The position numbers were made by a program, and so were the translations under genes. The notes under the pieces were generated by a model that saw only the letters and a program-made list of their open reading frames with translations, was not told where the DNA came from and did no database searches. From NCBI RefSeq assembly GCF_009914755.1, contig NC_060945.1: a DNA stretch of 64,000 nt. The stretch is one strand, 5' to 3'. Origin of the DNA: the human T2T-CHM13v2.0 reference genome, Homo sapiens. Positions 33,655-52,958 of this stretch are shown one piece after another; the first letter of the stretch is position 1, and each line of letters starts with the position of its first letter.

Positions 33655-34267
33655 ACAAAAGAAAGTGCCTCCTTTTTAAAAAATGTTGGGATGAGAGGTA
33701 TAATTTGTTTGTTTCAAGAGAAAGTAGGTAAGTTTAGTGTTTAAAGTCACCTAGACTATTGGGTGTTTGCAGAAACTACATGGTTATGTCATTCAACTCA
33801 CAAATTTGTCTGTTCAGAGAAGACAACAGAAATAGACAAAATAATTTGTCACAATGACTATGAAACTGATAGTATGGCCAAGCAGGGGGATTAGCAAGAA
33901 CCTACACCTGGAGAATCTGGCGACCTGCCCAAAACCAGGTATCAATCACAGGCAGCAAGTGCAGGCATGGGCCAAGAGAATTCCCGAACACATTCCCAGC
34001 TCCGTGGGCATTTTCCTGTCAGACACGACTCACAGACGTGAAACCCAGAGCGCTGTTGCCACAAGATGGCAGACATTAGCACAAATGTGATTGTTCCAAA
34101 GATTTGCTGAAAGTGGCTCAAATCAAAACAAATGTTTTCAATCCCAAATGAATAAAGTTACAGTCTGAATATACTCTTGACACAGGGACCCTCTTCCCCC
34201 TAACGTGGAAAGGGCCACACCTGCAGACTTAACACCTTTCTAAACTCTACTAGTTGGCCCTCTCTTA

Positions 34268-34940
<673 letters not shown>

Positions 34941-35128
34941 CCACAAGAGAAAACTTGAACATGAATTTTTCTAATTATCAATAGCATATAAACTCTGAAG
35001 CTGTATATCTGGAAAGTCATGGCCAACAAAAGAACGATTCCAAAGAGCCTACTCAAATTTTGGTTGTCAGGCTGAGAGGCCACGGTGGAAATGACCCTGG
35101 ACAGTCATCATCTCTCTCCAGGTACTGA

Positions 35129-35502
<374 letters not shown>

Positions 35503-35658
35503 CTAGAAAGACAGTTATGCTGAAAACCTAATTGCTAGTGAGTTCAGGGAGGCAAATGGGTCATGCTGGAAACTTCCATTTTGCCTATTAGCCATAACTG
35601 GAAAACAATACCTAGGAAGAGAGCAGCGTTATTCATCATTTTAAGAGCGTTTGCAGGA

Positions 35659-35974
<316 letters not shown>

Positions 35975-35980
35975 TCAAAA

Positions 35981-36586
35981 CAGCAGGTCCTTGAATAATG
36001 TTGTTTCACTCAAAGTCATTTTGTTATGATGTTGATGAGGGGAAAAAGAAATCACTTCCCAGCCGGGGCCACTGTCTGTGGGTCCGTACGCTCTCCCCAT
36101 GTCTGCACGGGTTTTCTCTGTTTCTCCGTTTTCCCCCCACATCCCCAAGCTGTGCACATTAGGTGAACCGATGCGTCTACATGGTCCTGATCTGAGCAAG
36201 TGTGAGTACGGGTGTGAGTGTGCCCTGTGATGGGAGGGCATCCTGGCCAGGGCTGACTCCCCAACCAGTAGTACCCTGAGCTTCCTGGATGAGCTCCAGC
36301 CACGCGGCCACCCACCATGCTGAACTGAAATAATCAGGTAAATAATTATCTTTGTTTTTATTAATCTTTCTTAAATGTACATATAATTCATATTTATTTC
36401 AGTGTTTCAGTGTTTTGGCCTTTATTTAGAAGTCTGGTGATGTCTTTGTGACCAGAAATACACTATGGGAACTGACTTCTTGTTTATATCAATTAGCCTA
36501 TGGTAACATTGGTTTCATTGTTTGTCATTTCACTTAAGGGTGCAGTTTCCAAGAATCTATCAACAACTTTAAGTGAGGACTTACTG
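35981..36586. mobile_element. Non-autonomous TcMar-Tigger DNA transposon (MER82-like)
   Basis: Imperfect TIRs CAGCAGGTCCT / AGGACTTACTG; about 600 bp; family name from recall. Confidence 0.7.
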
Positions 36587-37013
36587 AGGAAGGCATACGA
36601 TTTCTTGGACACCAGAAAGGCCTTTCCTCCCACCCTCCTTCCCCTGATTGAATTTTAAGATTTGGAACTTCACCTAGTTACTTCAGGCTTTGTTGTCTAG
36701 TTAAAATTAAAATATCTCCACCTATCAGCAGCCTTTGTCTGGGTATGAAGGAACTTACTGGAACCTCTAGCTCCCCTGAGATCAGATTTTAAATGAGCAT
36801 TGAAGCCTGGAGGTTGCCAGAACACTGAGTACCCAGAAAAGCAAACTGAGCTCGTCTGCCTTATTTTGTTTCAGCTTTGCCTACTGTATGCAAAGCTTCT
36901 AGCCTGATATTATAGAAGTATTATGAAAATAAAAAGCATAATGCCAGCTTTCAGGCGACTTAGAATCTCTCAATTCCTACCTTAACCAAGCCAAATATAC
37001 TAACCAAATGTTA

Positions 37014-37331
<318 letters not shown>

Positions 37332-37517
37332 TCAGAAAAGGTCTGCAGGGCACCGTCCAACATGGTCCCCAAACCACAGCTGATTGGCTGCAGGCTGGCT
37401 GCTTCCTCCAAGACTGAGGATGCCAATCATGGGACAACAGGTCAGGTGGGCCTGTTTGTAGACAGCCCTGGAGAGGGGAAGAGGCAGAAAAGCAAAACCC
37501 TCTAAAGAATCCATATC

Positions 37518-37793
<276 letters not shown>

Positions 37794-38434
37794 CTAAATG
37801 TGTACCTCTCCTCTCCGGTGGACAAAGCCATGCCAGTATAGACAAAAACAGCATAGCGGCGAGACCCGTTTAATTCACTTGAGCACACGGCTATCCCGGA
37901 GATTAACCCTTACAGGTGGCAGAAATGAAATAAGTCAAGTTCTGTTCCCACTAGAGCCGAAGGGATGAGAGGGGTGCTCGACTGAATGCATGTGGACTCA
38001 CTGGTCAGGGTGAATACACAGAGTAGCCAAGACGCACACGCAGTGAATTGTATGAACTCGTTTTCACATGAGAACGATGCCAGGACGGAAAACAGGATGG
38101 CGCTACAAGCGGGCGGAGTTCCTGGAGACAAGGGGGAAGATGGCCGCTGAAACCCCGAGAACTGCTTGGCTTCACTGTCTTAGGGTTTCAAGATGTAGGT
38201 GCTTCTACAATGGAAACAAGAAAAGAGGCCACCTCTGGTTCTACGCTCCCAATTAGCAGGGAGAAATGGCACACCGGAGTGTGTGGGTGGTAGATTTGTA
38301 CTCCTCGTCCACAGAGGTACTGGACTAGAATCTCATTCTCTGAGTGTAACCCTGTTACCATAATGACAGGTCTATTTCTGTAACTTGGCTTCTTGTAAAA
38401 ATAAGACTTTTTAGTTGGACCGAAAACCGGAACT

Positions 38435-38600
38435 AAAAAAATGTCTCCAGCCACAAATGCGTGGAGAGGGTGATACTGGCATCCAGTGGGGAGAGACCAG
38501 GGATGCTATTCCGCAGCCGAAAATGCACAAGACTGTTGTTGCCACGAAGAATTCTCTGACCCAAAATGTCAATAGTGCCATGGTTGAGAAACTCTGTCAT
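38435..38600. mobile_element. MER20-like hAT-Charlie fragment
   Basis: TACTGGCATCCAGTGG..CCAGGGATGCT..CCAAAATGTCAATAGTGCC..GGTTGAGAAACTCTG. Confidence 0.8.
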
Positions 38601-40616
38601 CAAAGGCGACCCACTGCTGCCATGTGCTAAGCTAAACAAGAAAACAAAATCTTTTAAAATCCCTTTTAAAGATTTTCTGTGGACAACTTCATGGCAAATT
38701 CCTGGTCCATTTGACAGTCAAATGTCAGCATTAATCCACAGCCTTAAGTTTTCCCTGCAAACTTGATCAGTACAGCGAGCATACAAACATTTCCTCTCTT
38801 TCTTTATTATTATGAATGGCAAAGGCATCAAATCTGCAGCTTACTTGGCTGGGACACCAGTGCCTAGGGTGCAGCTGTGTTCTGCCCTTGAAATACTTTA
38901 CCTCCTCTTATTGGGTTACATCATTACTAGATTTATTACAAAGGTGAAGACTATGAAATTGAACAGGGAAAGAGGAAACTAACCAGCCTGTGATAATATT
39001 TATTTTTTGATCTCAGTAAGGTATCACAGAGACACAGGCCTGTGGAGAAAACAGTGACCCTGTCACACAGAAGACTGGAAGTCATTTAAAATCAAAAATG
39101 ACATTCTAATCCTCTGAATCTGATTTGTGAAGCTGCATCATATTGCCTTTTTTTTCTAGGGCAATGCACTGCAGTATCAAATTTTATGATAGTAATGGGG
39201 TCAATTTAAATGGTGCAGCAAGCAGATTTGCTATGTAACTCGGAGAAATGGATCACAACAGTGCCAAATCAATTTTCTAGTACAAGTCTGTGCTCAGGGG
39301 TGGTAAAATTCACTCTTCAAAACTGAAATATGGCTCTAGGAAGTCGGGTTTTTAAGTGGATTTTCTGAGAATATGCAGTTACTATAGTTACAATATTTGC
39401 AGAGAAAAAGATAAGAGGAACATTTATTATGCCTCCAAAAGCTAATTCATGTGGCCTGCAGCACTGCAGGAAACCTGCTTGGGCTGTACGTGTTCATCTG
39501 TCCTAATGTCCAAATTCCTTAATTTTAAGCATCTCTGCTTGAGTATTATCTTAAGAACAAGTGAGTCGGCTTTAGAATAGTAAAGAAACAAATATATACT
39601 CTGGAAAAAAATGTTTGGCCAGAAAATTCAAGAAACTTAGCTTCCAGGAGAACTGGAAAAAGACAAGGCATTACAAAATGAAAACAAAACAAAAAAGGAA
39701 ACAATTCTCTATCTCAATAAAAAGATCCCTATAATAAAACAAAATCGATTACACTTATCTTGGGAACTCTTCTGGACAAAATATCTACATCTGCGTAGTT
39801 TTCTCATTAGAGCATCAAATCCTTTAGGGCAAGTGAATGTTCATCTAACTCTAATGAAAACCTTTTCCCCTAAGGATTAAAAGATTTGGAGTCAATGACA
39901 AGGAATTCTGAAATAGTTTATCCGCTACCGTTTGCTTAAACAAACAAAAAGCTAAAAGGAAAAAGAAGATGAGCCAAAGGATCTCCTACGCAAGAAAAAG
40001 AAACTAGCATTTTCCTTTCATCCTCTTTCCATTTTCCCCCTACCTATGTATTAGTACGCCACAAATCTAAGTAGCTTCAATATTCTCTTATTTGAAGTTT
40101 TTCTTTTCAGCACTTGGAAGAGTGACAAAACATAAGAAAGGAATTGGGAACCTGAAGATGTTTTCAACACCAACTACCTTGGCAATCAACTGCAGTATTT
40201 CATCGCAGTGGTCACTGACGTCTAGAATCACTACCCTGATGGTTTCAACTTCCTACCTTAAATAAAGACTCAATTATATTAACCAAGGGGTGCTCTAAGG
40301 CAAGAAAGCAGACCGATGAATTTGAGAAAGATCATTACTAGTAAAGAACAAAACGAGAATTTTCTGACTAAGCCTCAGTTAACCAGCAAGCTCATTTAAC
40401 CCTGACAGCTGCCTTGTTCCTCCCTCACAAGTCTTTTGGTTAATCAGGGTATTCAAGAAAGCCCTGAACTAAACTAAACTTTCTGCTCACTATCAGCAAA
40501 AGCTCCCAGCCAATAGTCAAAAACAGCCCGCAGCACACGAACTCCTGAAACTTTTAAGCGTGTACCTTTAAAAGACATATTCCCTCGCAAAAATACCCAC
40601 AGATACCCAAAGATCA

Positions 40617-41651
<1,035 letters not shown>

Positions 41652-42711
41652 TCAAGAATCTCATCACCCTCTCTGCATTCTGGGACTTACATTCCAGGAC
41701 AGCCTCTGGCACGGCTCCCACCTGCATCCCCCCTCAACTCGGGGGCATCCTTTGGAAACACTAATTGTTCCCACCTGAAGACCCCAAGTGAAATCAGCAG
41801 TTTGCCCAACATCTTTTATACCTATTGGAGAACCTAAGACCCTCTTACGGAATGGTGAAGAAAGTGAGATTCAGAGAGGTGCCTTTGCCTCCTTACTTAC
41901 AGATTCTATTTCTTGGGTGTTATTCTCCTTCACAATAATGAAACTGAGCAATAAAAAGGACACATATCTAGAGTCTACCCCAGCACGCCCCAGTGAAATG
42001 TCACTCTCAAGACATGCCATAGGATCAATGGGAGAAGATTCTTCCCAGTATCTTGTCTCAGGACTGGAACATAAGTTGACAATCACTAATTCAAAAACAT
42101 TTATTGAGCACTTGCTACATGTCGGACATGGTATTAGAGACATGTACGAGGTGATTCTGGATATTAAGGGATTTACATAAACTTCCAAAGCTGATAAGGG
42201 ACATTTATTTGCCCATCAGATGAAAGAAGACATTCATAGACATAAAAAGCCTGCTTTTAAGTCTAATTAAGGAAGAACAGTTTGTGTGTTTCCTGAAAAA
42301 CGATTTGTCCCAAGAAATTGTGATACATATATTTTAAGTAAAAAGCGGTTTGATTTAGAACTTCATAGTAACACTAGCTATGCTTCCCACTCAATCAGAA
42401 CTGTAGTCTAGACACTAGTTATACTGTATTAAACTATGTGAAATAAATATTATATGGGTTCTGAATTTGAATGCCACCTCATGAGCAATGCAGTCATGAA
42501 AACTTCTTGTTTAAGAAATTTAATAAGCACTGAAAATGTACCCTGCAGCCCCCCAAAAAAATCTTGACACATGCATGAATTGTATATTATTACAGTAAAA
42601 TCAAACCTGTGGACTGAATTAAACTGAAACCAAGCATAGCCTTTATGTCATACCAGTAAGAGTGCTCAACAGTCCTTAAGCTAATAACTTATAGTGTCCC
42701 ACTATGATAAA

Positions 42712-42996
42712 AACAGGGTCTCACTTTGTCACCCACATGGGAATGCAGTGGCGTGATCATGGCTCACTGTGGCCTCAACCTCCCAGCTCAAGTGATCCTC
42801 CCATCTCAGCCTCCCAAGTAGCCGGGACCACAGGCATGCACCACCACACCCAGCTAATTTTTTTGTTTGTTTGTTTTTTTGGAGATAGGGGTCTATGCTG
42901 CTCAGGCTGGTCTCGAACTCCTGGGCTCCAAGCGATCCTCCTGCCTCGGCCTTCCAAAGTGCTGGGATTACAGGCATGAGCCACTATGCCTGGCCA
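42712..42996 (-). mobile_element. Alu (J-like) beginning about 27 nt into the intron after the ATG exon
   Basis: Reverse consensus; TSD ATAAAAACA. Confidence 0.9.
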
Positions 42997-43023
42997 ATAA
43001 AAACATTTTCTAAAGTTACTTAC

Positions 43024-43186
43024 ACACAATCTTTTGGGGTACCAGTCCATTATCCATGTGGAGTCTATCTTCCATGAACGCCACCCCCAGCTTGCTGAAG
43101 TTGTCCACACTTGCTTCAGCAATTAGCCGATAAGGATCCCCAGGTCTGCAAGCTAATGGCAAACAACAGTCTGACCACTTGACAAT
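43024..43186 (-). CDS. HLCS: HLCS exon, 163 bp; ATG of MEDRL at 43075; 37 upstream codons open ([37 protein letters not shown])
   Basis: Acceptor ...ctcctgctttttctcAG|ATTGTC at 43187/8; donor GTGT|GTAAGT at 43018-43023; phase-1 end T joins CG of the next exon to make Ser. Confidence 0.95.
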
Positions 43187-43577
43187 CTGAGAAAAAGCAG
43201 GAGAGGGAGGAGGTGGGAAAAGACAGGTTGAGATTTTTCTTCTCTAAAATAACCACATACTTTATTTTTCCCTTGAGGCTCCTACCACTAAATTACAGTC
43301 ATTAATAACAAATTACTGGATATTACATTTTACTAATATCAGAGTTGTTTTGAATTCAGCATTCTCATCTCTACCTGACAACAGTGCTTACGAAACACTA
43401 AATATAACTCTCTCATTTAAAAGTAACTGAAGTCTCCACCTTTTTAAGGAATTAAAAGATAAAGGGACATTCCCCAGACACTGGAAAAACACCATGCTGC
43501 CCTTTAAAAACAGAGAAGAGGAGAGAACAAGAAGTCCACAATACCCAGTTACTTTCAATGTAACCTGTGGACCCGCT

Positions 43578-43760
43578 TTTCTCAAAGTGTGGTCCGAGAC
43601 CAAGTGCAACTGACCTCCCAGGGAGCACATGAGACCTTCAGAGTCCCGAGCACAACTCCCTCCCTATCTGGTGCACTGGACTTTCTGGAGTTGAAGTCCA
43701 GGAATCAGGATTTAAAACATGCTTCCCCTGGGGTTCCTGCACTCGAACTGTGAGAACAAT
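43578..43760. mobile_element. MER5-like hAT fragment
   Basis: TTTCTCAAAGTGTGGTCC start and TGAGAAC end. Confidence 0.6.
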
Positions 43761-43994
43761 CCAAAAAGACTCTCCAGACAGTTCCTCCCTGTAAGGAGGT
43801 TCACGTTCCTACCACAAGGGGGACAGGGAGAAAGAGAGCAGGCAAAACACCCGGCTTAGCCTTCCAGTTCTTACTACAGAAGACTGTGACACTGGGGCCT
43901 GGAACACCCATGCTCTCTCTGAGGGTTCCCATGGAGAAGACAGCCTGTGAGGTGAAGAGCCCGGCGCTGCAGTCAGGGGTCTGAGGCCGAGTCA

Positions 43995-44290
<296 letters not shown>

Positions 44291-44524
44291 TCAAAGAGTA
44301 TACGTAATGCCCCCAGTAAAAAGCTTAGATTGACTGGAATAAAGTACTCAATTACCGACAGCTGCTTTTATTAGCTGTCACAAATGTGGCTTTAAAAGCA
44401 GCAGTGAGCAGCACAGTCTTTTTCTAAGATGCCATGAACGATTGCTCTACTTCCTAAAGATACCTTCTCAGGGACACACTGCCCCGAATTTCATAATTAT
44501 AGATAAATAATTTTTTATTCCATT

Positions 44525-44670
44525 TTTATTTATTTGTATTTATTTATTTTTTGAGATGAGTACTCGCTCTATCACCCAGGCTGGTCTTGAACTCCTGGCC
44601 TTGAGTAATTCTCCCGCCTCAGCCTCCCGAGTAGCTGGGACAACAGGCTCGGGCCACCACACTGGGCTTG
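44525..44670 (-). mobile_element. FLAM/Alu monomer
   Basis: Reverse single arm. Confidence 0.8.
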
Positions 44671-44957
44671 AATTCTATTTTAGATATTGGTGGGCTAGGA
44701 TTTTAGAACTAACTCCTCCTAAAAACTATTTTTTAAATGCTAGATAAAATAAATGAATAAAGCATTACCTTAAAAGTCTGGAAGAACAGACTAGATAATA
44801 GTGAACTTCCAGGCCAAGTGTGGGATAAATCCTGAACCTACAGAGGAAAGGGGTATTCCTGCAAGACACGCCACTTCTGCCCCCAGGGTCCTTGCTCATC
44901 CAAGCAACTTGGGTTTCAAAAGTCATCGTCCAACTGGCATAAGCATAGACATATAGA

Positions 44958-45628
<671 letters not shown>

Positions 45629-45786
45629 ATAGACCAAGAGAACAGAGCTGACAGTATAGAAATAAACAGATTCATGGACAACTGAATTTGGACAAGGGTG
45701 CCAAGACAACTCAATAAGGAAATAATAGTCTTTTCAACGAATGGTACTGGTACAACTACATACTGACGTGTAAAAGAATGAACATA

Positions 45787-46372
<586 letters not shown>

Positions 46373-46478
46373 ACCTATTAAACTTTAAAAGACTCAGATT
46401 TGCATTAAATTGATACAGAAAAAGAAAAAAACCACAGATAGAGAAGCGTTAAAGACCTCTTTTAGAAAAAGGAGAAAC

Positions 46479-47130
46479 TGGCCAGGCTCGGAGGCTCACG
46501 CCTGCAATCCCACCCGAGAGGTGGAGGTTGTGGTGAGCTGAGATTGCGCCATTGCAGTCCAGCCTGGGCGACAGAGCAAGACTCCGTCTCAAAAAAAAAA
46601 AAAAAAAAGAATGAGGATAAACCTCTTCCTCACATCATGCAAACCACGTACAAAAATTAACTCAAACTGGATCAAAGACCTCAATATAAGAGCTAAAACT
46701 ACAAAATTCAGAGAAGAAAAACACAGGCATAAATTGTCATGACTTTTGATCAACCAATGACTTCTTAGATAAGACACCAAAAACAGAAGCAACAAAAGAA
46801 GAAATAGATAAATTGAACTTCATCAAACATTCTTGTGCTTCAAAAGATATCAAGAAAATGCAAAGACAACACAGAAAAATAGGAGAAAGTATTGGCAAAT
46901 CATATAAGAACTCCTACAACTCAACAATAAAAAGACAATCCAATTTAAAAATGGGCAAAGGATGTAAGGCACCCGGCAAAGGCACCTGTAGTCCCAGCTA
47001 CTAGGGAGGCTGAGGCAGGAGAATGGCGTGAACCCCGGAGGCAGAGCTTGCAGTGAGCCAAGATTGCACCACTGCACGCCAGCCTGGGCGACAGAGCGAG
47101 ACTCCATCTTAAAAAAAAAAAGAAAGAAAA
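46479..47130 (+). mobile_element. Two partial Alus (46479-46607 internally deleted; 46975-47130 Y-like right arm)
   Basis: Partial consensus with poly-A tails. Confidence 0.8.
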
Positions 47131-47442
47131 GAAAATATACAAACGCCCAATAAGCACAAGAAACACTGCTCAACATCAGTCACGAAGGAAATGCATCTCA
47201 AAACCACAGTGAGACACAAAGTCATACCCACTAGGATGGCTGGAATCAAAAAAGATACCAACAAGGACAAGGAAAAACTGGAACTCTAATACACTGCTGG
47301 TAGAAATTAAGGTGCTGCAGCTGCCTTGGAAGACTTTGGGAGTTCCTCAAAGAGTTAAACATAGAGTTACCATATGATCTAGTAATTCTACTCCCCAGTA
47401 TATACCTAAGATAACTGGACCTGAACATACGAACACATCTAG

Positions 47443-48306
<864 letters not shown>

Positions 48307-49020
48307 ATCAGACACAAAAGGTCACATATTGTAATGGTTTATGATGATTCTCATACAAAAGAATACTTTTCAGCAGGAAGAAACAAACTTGAGATATGCA
48401 CAACATGGATGGATTTCAAAAACATTATGTTGAGTGGAGAAAAAAGATGCCAAAGGATACATGCTGTATAATTCCATTTCTATGAATTCCTAGAACAGGA
48501 GAAACTAATTTACCATGTCAAAAAGATTCGTGGCCCAAGTAGAAAGAATTGAATAGAAAGAGGCGCAAGACAAATGCATTGGGGTGATGGTAATGTTTCA
48601 TGTCTTAATGACCTAGGCAGTTACCTAGGTGTATAAATTCATCAAAACACACAGAACTGTGCATCTAAAATCTGTGCATTTTATTTTATATAAATTATAC
48701 CTCAATTAAAAATTAATATACAACAAAACTAGTAAGGACAATTTCTTTATTTTTTTTCCTGCTTCTTTGTTTTGATTTTGGTTTTGGTTTTTTAATTGTT
48801 GTTGTTGTTCCATTTGTTCAGCTAATGAGATTTAGTCAGCATCACTAAGTGGACAGTTGGCTTATGTTTCTAAATCCTGTTTTTGGGTCACCTCCCTCCA
48901 TCATCATACTTGAATGACCTCGTCAAGCTCCCTTCATTCATTTTGGCTCTCCCCAAGACGTTCTTCACGTAGTCACCAGGGTAATGTTATTATTCCTTTA
49001 AAAATGTTGCACTATTCCTT

Positions 49021-49310
49021 GGCCTGGCACGGTGGCTCACGCCTGTAATCCTAACACTTTGGGAGGCTGAGGCGGGTGGATCACGAGGTCAGGAGATCGA
49101 GACCATCCTAGTTAACGGTGAAACCCTGTCTCTACTAAAAATACAAAAAATTAGCCAGGCATGGTGACAGGCGCCTGTAGTCCCAACTACTCAGGAGGCT
49201 GAGGCAGGAGAATGGCGTGAACCCAGGAAGCGGAGCTTGCAGTGAGCCAAGATCACACCACTGCACTCCAGCCTGGGCAACAGAGCGAGACTCTATCTCA
49301 AAAAAATAAA
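49021..49310 (+). mobile_element. Alu (Y-like)
   Basis: TSD AAAAATGTTGCACTATTCCT. Confidence 0.93.
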
Positions 49311-49424
49311 AATGTTGCACTATTCCTCTGCTTAAAATCCTTCCATGAATAAGTTCTGAAGATCTACTGTACGTCATGGTGACTACAGGTTTTTTTTTGG
49401 TTTTTTTTTGTCTCAAAGAAAAAA

Positions 49425-50005
49425 CCACATCATATGTTGTACCCCATAAATATATACAACTAAAAAAATACTTTCATGGCCATTTTTCATCATTCAGGAA
49501 AAAAAAATATGCCCACATATAAAGCTTGTATGCAGATGTTCACAGCAGCATTATTCACAATAGCCAAAAGGTAGAAACAACCCAAATGTCCATCAACAGA
49601 TGAACAGATAAATAAAATGTATATATCTATACAGAGGACTATTATTCAACCATAAAAAGGAATGAGAATGAACTACTGATGCATGTTACAACGTGGACGA
49701 ATCTCGAATACATTACATTAAGTGAAAGAAGCCAACAACTAAAGGTCCCATATTCTATGAGGCTATTTACATGAAGTATCTAAAATAGACAAATCTAGAG
49801 TCAGAAAGTAGATTCGCGGTTGCCAGGAGCTGAGGTGTCAGGGAGCAGACAGTGAATGCTGACAAGTGTGTGGTTTCTTTCTGGTGTGCTGAAAATGTTT
49901 TAGAATTAGATAATGCTAATGATTGCACAACTTTGTGAATATACTAAAAACTACTGAATTGTTTTTCAAGGGTGAGTTTCATGTGAATTATATCTCAATT
50001 TTTTA
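49425..50005 (+). mobile_element. L1M 3' UTR fragment(s)
   Basis: CAGCAGCATTATTCACAATAGCCAAAAGG..CCAAATGTCCATCAAC..GTGAATTATATCTCAAT. Confidence 0.85.
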
Positions 50006-50414
50006 AAACAAAAAGAAAAGAGTCCAGGCAGTTTGTTTGTCTCTACACTCTTCCAGCACAGCCTAGTCAGCCCAACTTCCCAAACTTCAATCCTGGCTCC
50101 TCTGGTTAAGAGCGTGTGACCTGAGCAAGCTACTCAAATTCCCCATGCTTCAATGTCCTGTCTGTAAGGTAGAGATAAGAGCACCTACCTTGGAAGGTTA
50201 CTGGGAGCACTAAAAGGGATCATCCATAAAGTGCCTGGGCCACAAGGGTGCTCTTATGGTTCCAAAATATAAAGTCCTTTAGAGCAAGTAACCTCATGAG
50301 AAACCACATCATCCCTAGTGGGCAAAAACCGAACCTGGCAGGGAATGGGGAGGTGAAAAAAATCTTAGACATTACAACAGTTTGTGGCCCTCCAAGGCTC
50401 AATCCTATCCCTCA

Positions 50415-50839
<425 letters not shown>

Positions 50840-51512
50840 TGAGGGGAAAAGAATAAACGCAGGCCTTTATGGCCAACTCACTAACCTGTGTAGAATATTT
50901 GGACAAAGAGAAACTCCAGAATTTTCATTTAGCTCTACTTGTATCTTTCCTTCCACTTTACCACCTACTTCTCCCACCTCCTCGCAGACACACAGCCAAG
51001 GGAAGCAGAATTCACCTAGAGGGTCAGGCCCACCCAATGTTTCAGCAGAGTTCTACATTTCAGAAATGACATCTTTGATTCAGGACAGAGAGTTCGTTGA
51101 TTTCAGCTTTGGGAATGGGGGAAAGGACGTCAGTTCAGGAAGATGAGAAGATAAACTAACACCGTGGCAGGGCAGACTTCTGGGATGAAGGTGCGTGGGA
51201 AACAGGGAAACGAACAGGGCAACCTCCCGCGGGAAGCTAAAGGCACCATTGTCCTCAGAGCAATCAAAGGAGGAGGAGAACCCCTCAGCCAATGGAGACT
51301 CAACCCGGAATTTAGCTGTAAAAACATTGATTTAGCCCCCTGCGGTAGCAGGCACTGGCAGTGTAAAAGGAGCCAATGATGAAATTCCCACACACCTCTG
51401 AAGAGGAATGAGGCAGGAGATAAACAAAGGAAGAGGAAGGACCGGAAGAGCCCAAAGAATACATCCACACATCCCGGATCAAGTTTCTCCACTCTGCCAA
51501 CTGTTTCCTCAC

Positions 51513-51683
51513 CTAAGTGCATTTCCGTTTTCTAGGAGCGTGGTCCATGAGCCATGGACCATGCAAACGCCTTCAAGCAGCGCTGGGTGCTCCGATCAAA
51601 GCAGAACCGCGCTGTCACTGATACGTCGTCCAGGGTGTTTGCCTTCCAGTGGATAAAGGCAAACAGGACACTTTAAATTTGCA
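51513..51683 (-). other. HLCS: Candidate alternative 5'UTR exon of HLCS (5' boundary uncertain: 51683 or 51642)
   Basis: Strong donor TAG|GTGAGG at 51512; long polypyrimidine tract ending TCGAAG at 51684/5 (alternative AAG at 51643/4); non-repetitive, locally CpG-enriched. Confidence 0.55.
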
Positions 51684-51964
51684 CTTCGAGATGGAAACAA
51701 AGGCATGGAAAAGAGAAGGGAAGTCAAGCAAAAGGCTCACTCCCAAAGATCAAAGCTAAGGAAGCCCTGGCTGTCCCTAAACAAAGGAGTTTCCTCCTAT
51801 AATAGCAGCCAGCAGAAATCTGTTAAGTAACTAAAGCTCTTGACTTGATGTTACAATGTATGGCAGCAGGCAAGGCATATCTTCTGGGCTCAACTTAAAA
51901 CTCACATCCAAGAAGCAGTCCGGGAGTGAAAGACCCCAGGTTAAACTAGCACAGGTGGCCCTGC

Positions 51965-51978
51965 CCAACAGGGGGCAT
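51965..51978 (+). promoter_or_regulatory. Candidate CTCF core motif CCAACAGGGGGCAT
   Basis: Near match to CCASYAGRKGGCRS in unique sequence; motif match only. Confidence 0.35.
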
Positions 51979-52189
51979 TGGCAGGCAGCAGCTCTGCAGT
52001 GAGTGGGGAACAGAAATCTCAACAACCCACTGGTACCCAGAGTCAGATCACGGATGCTGCTAATTTTTCTGACTCTTGTTTCTCCTCTTCCAAATCATCT
52101 TAATTCAACGTGAAATTGTTAAAAAGCTCTAGTAACAAATTGGATGGAGCAAGGCTGGAAACGCAGAGGTAAAGAATTTGAAAATACAG

Positions 52190-52520
<331 letters not shown>

Positions 52521-52613
52521 TTATTTTTAACTTTTGGCTATCCTTGCTGTCTTTTGTGTTTGGAAATAGAGAGGATAAAGGAGAGCTACAAAATTGACTT
52601 TCACTTGATATTA

Positions 52614-52958
<345 letters not shown>

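Noticed and set aside
41788-42188. Overlapping 130-aa (+) and 105-aa (-) ORFs in the short intron
   Set aside because: No recognisable homology; they overlap MIR/L2-like remnants (AAACATTTATTGAGCAC)
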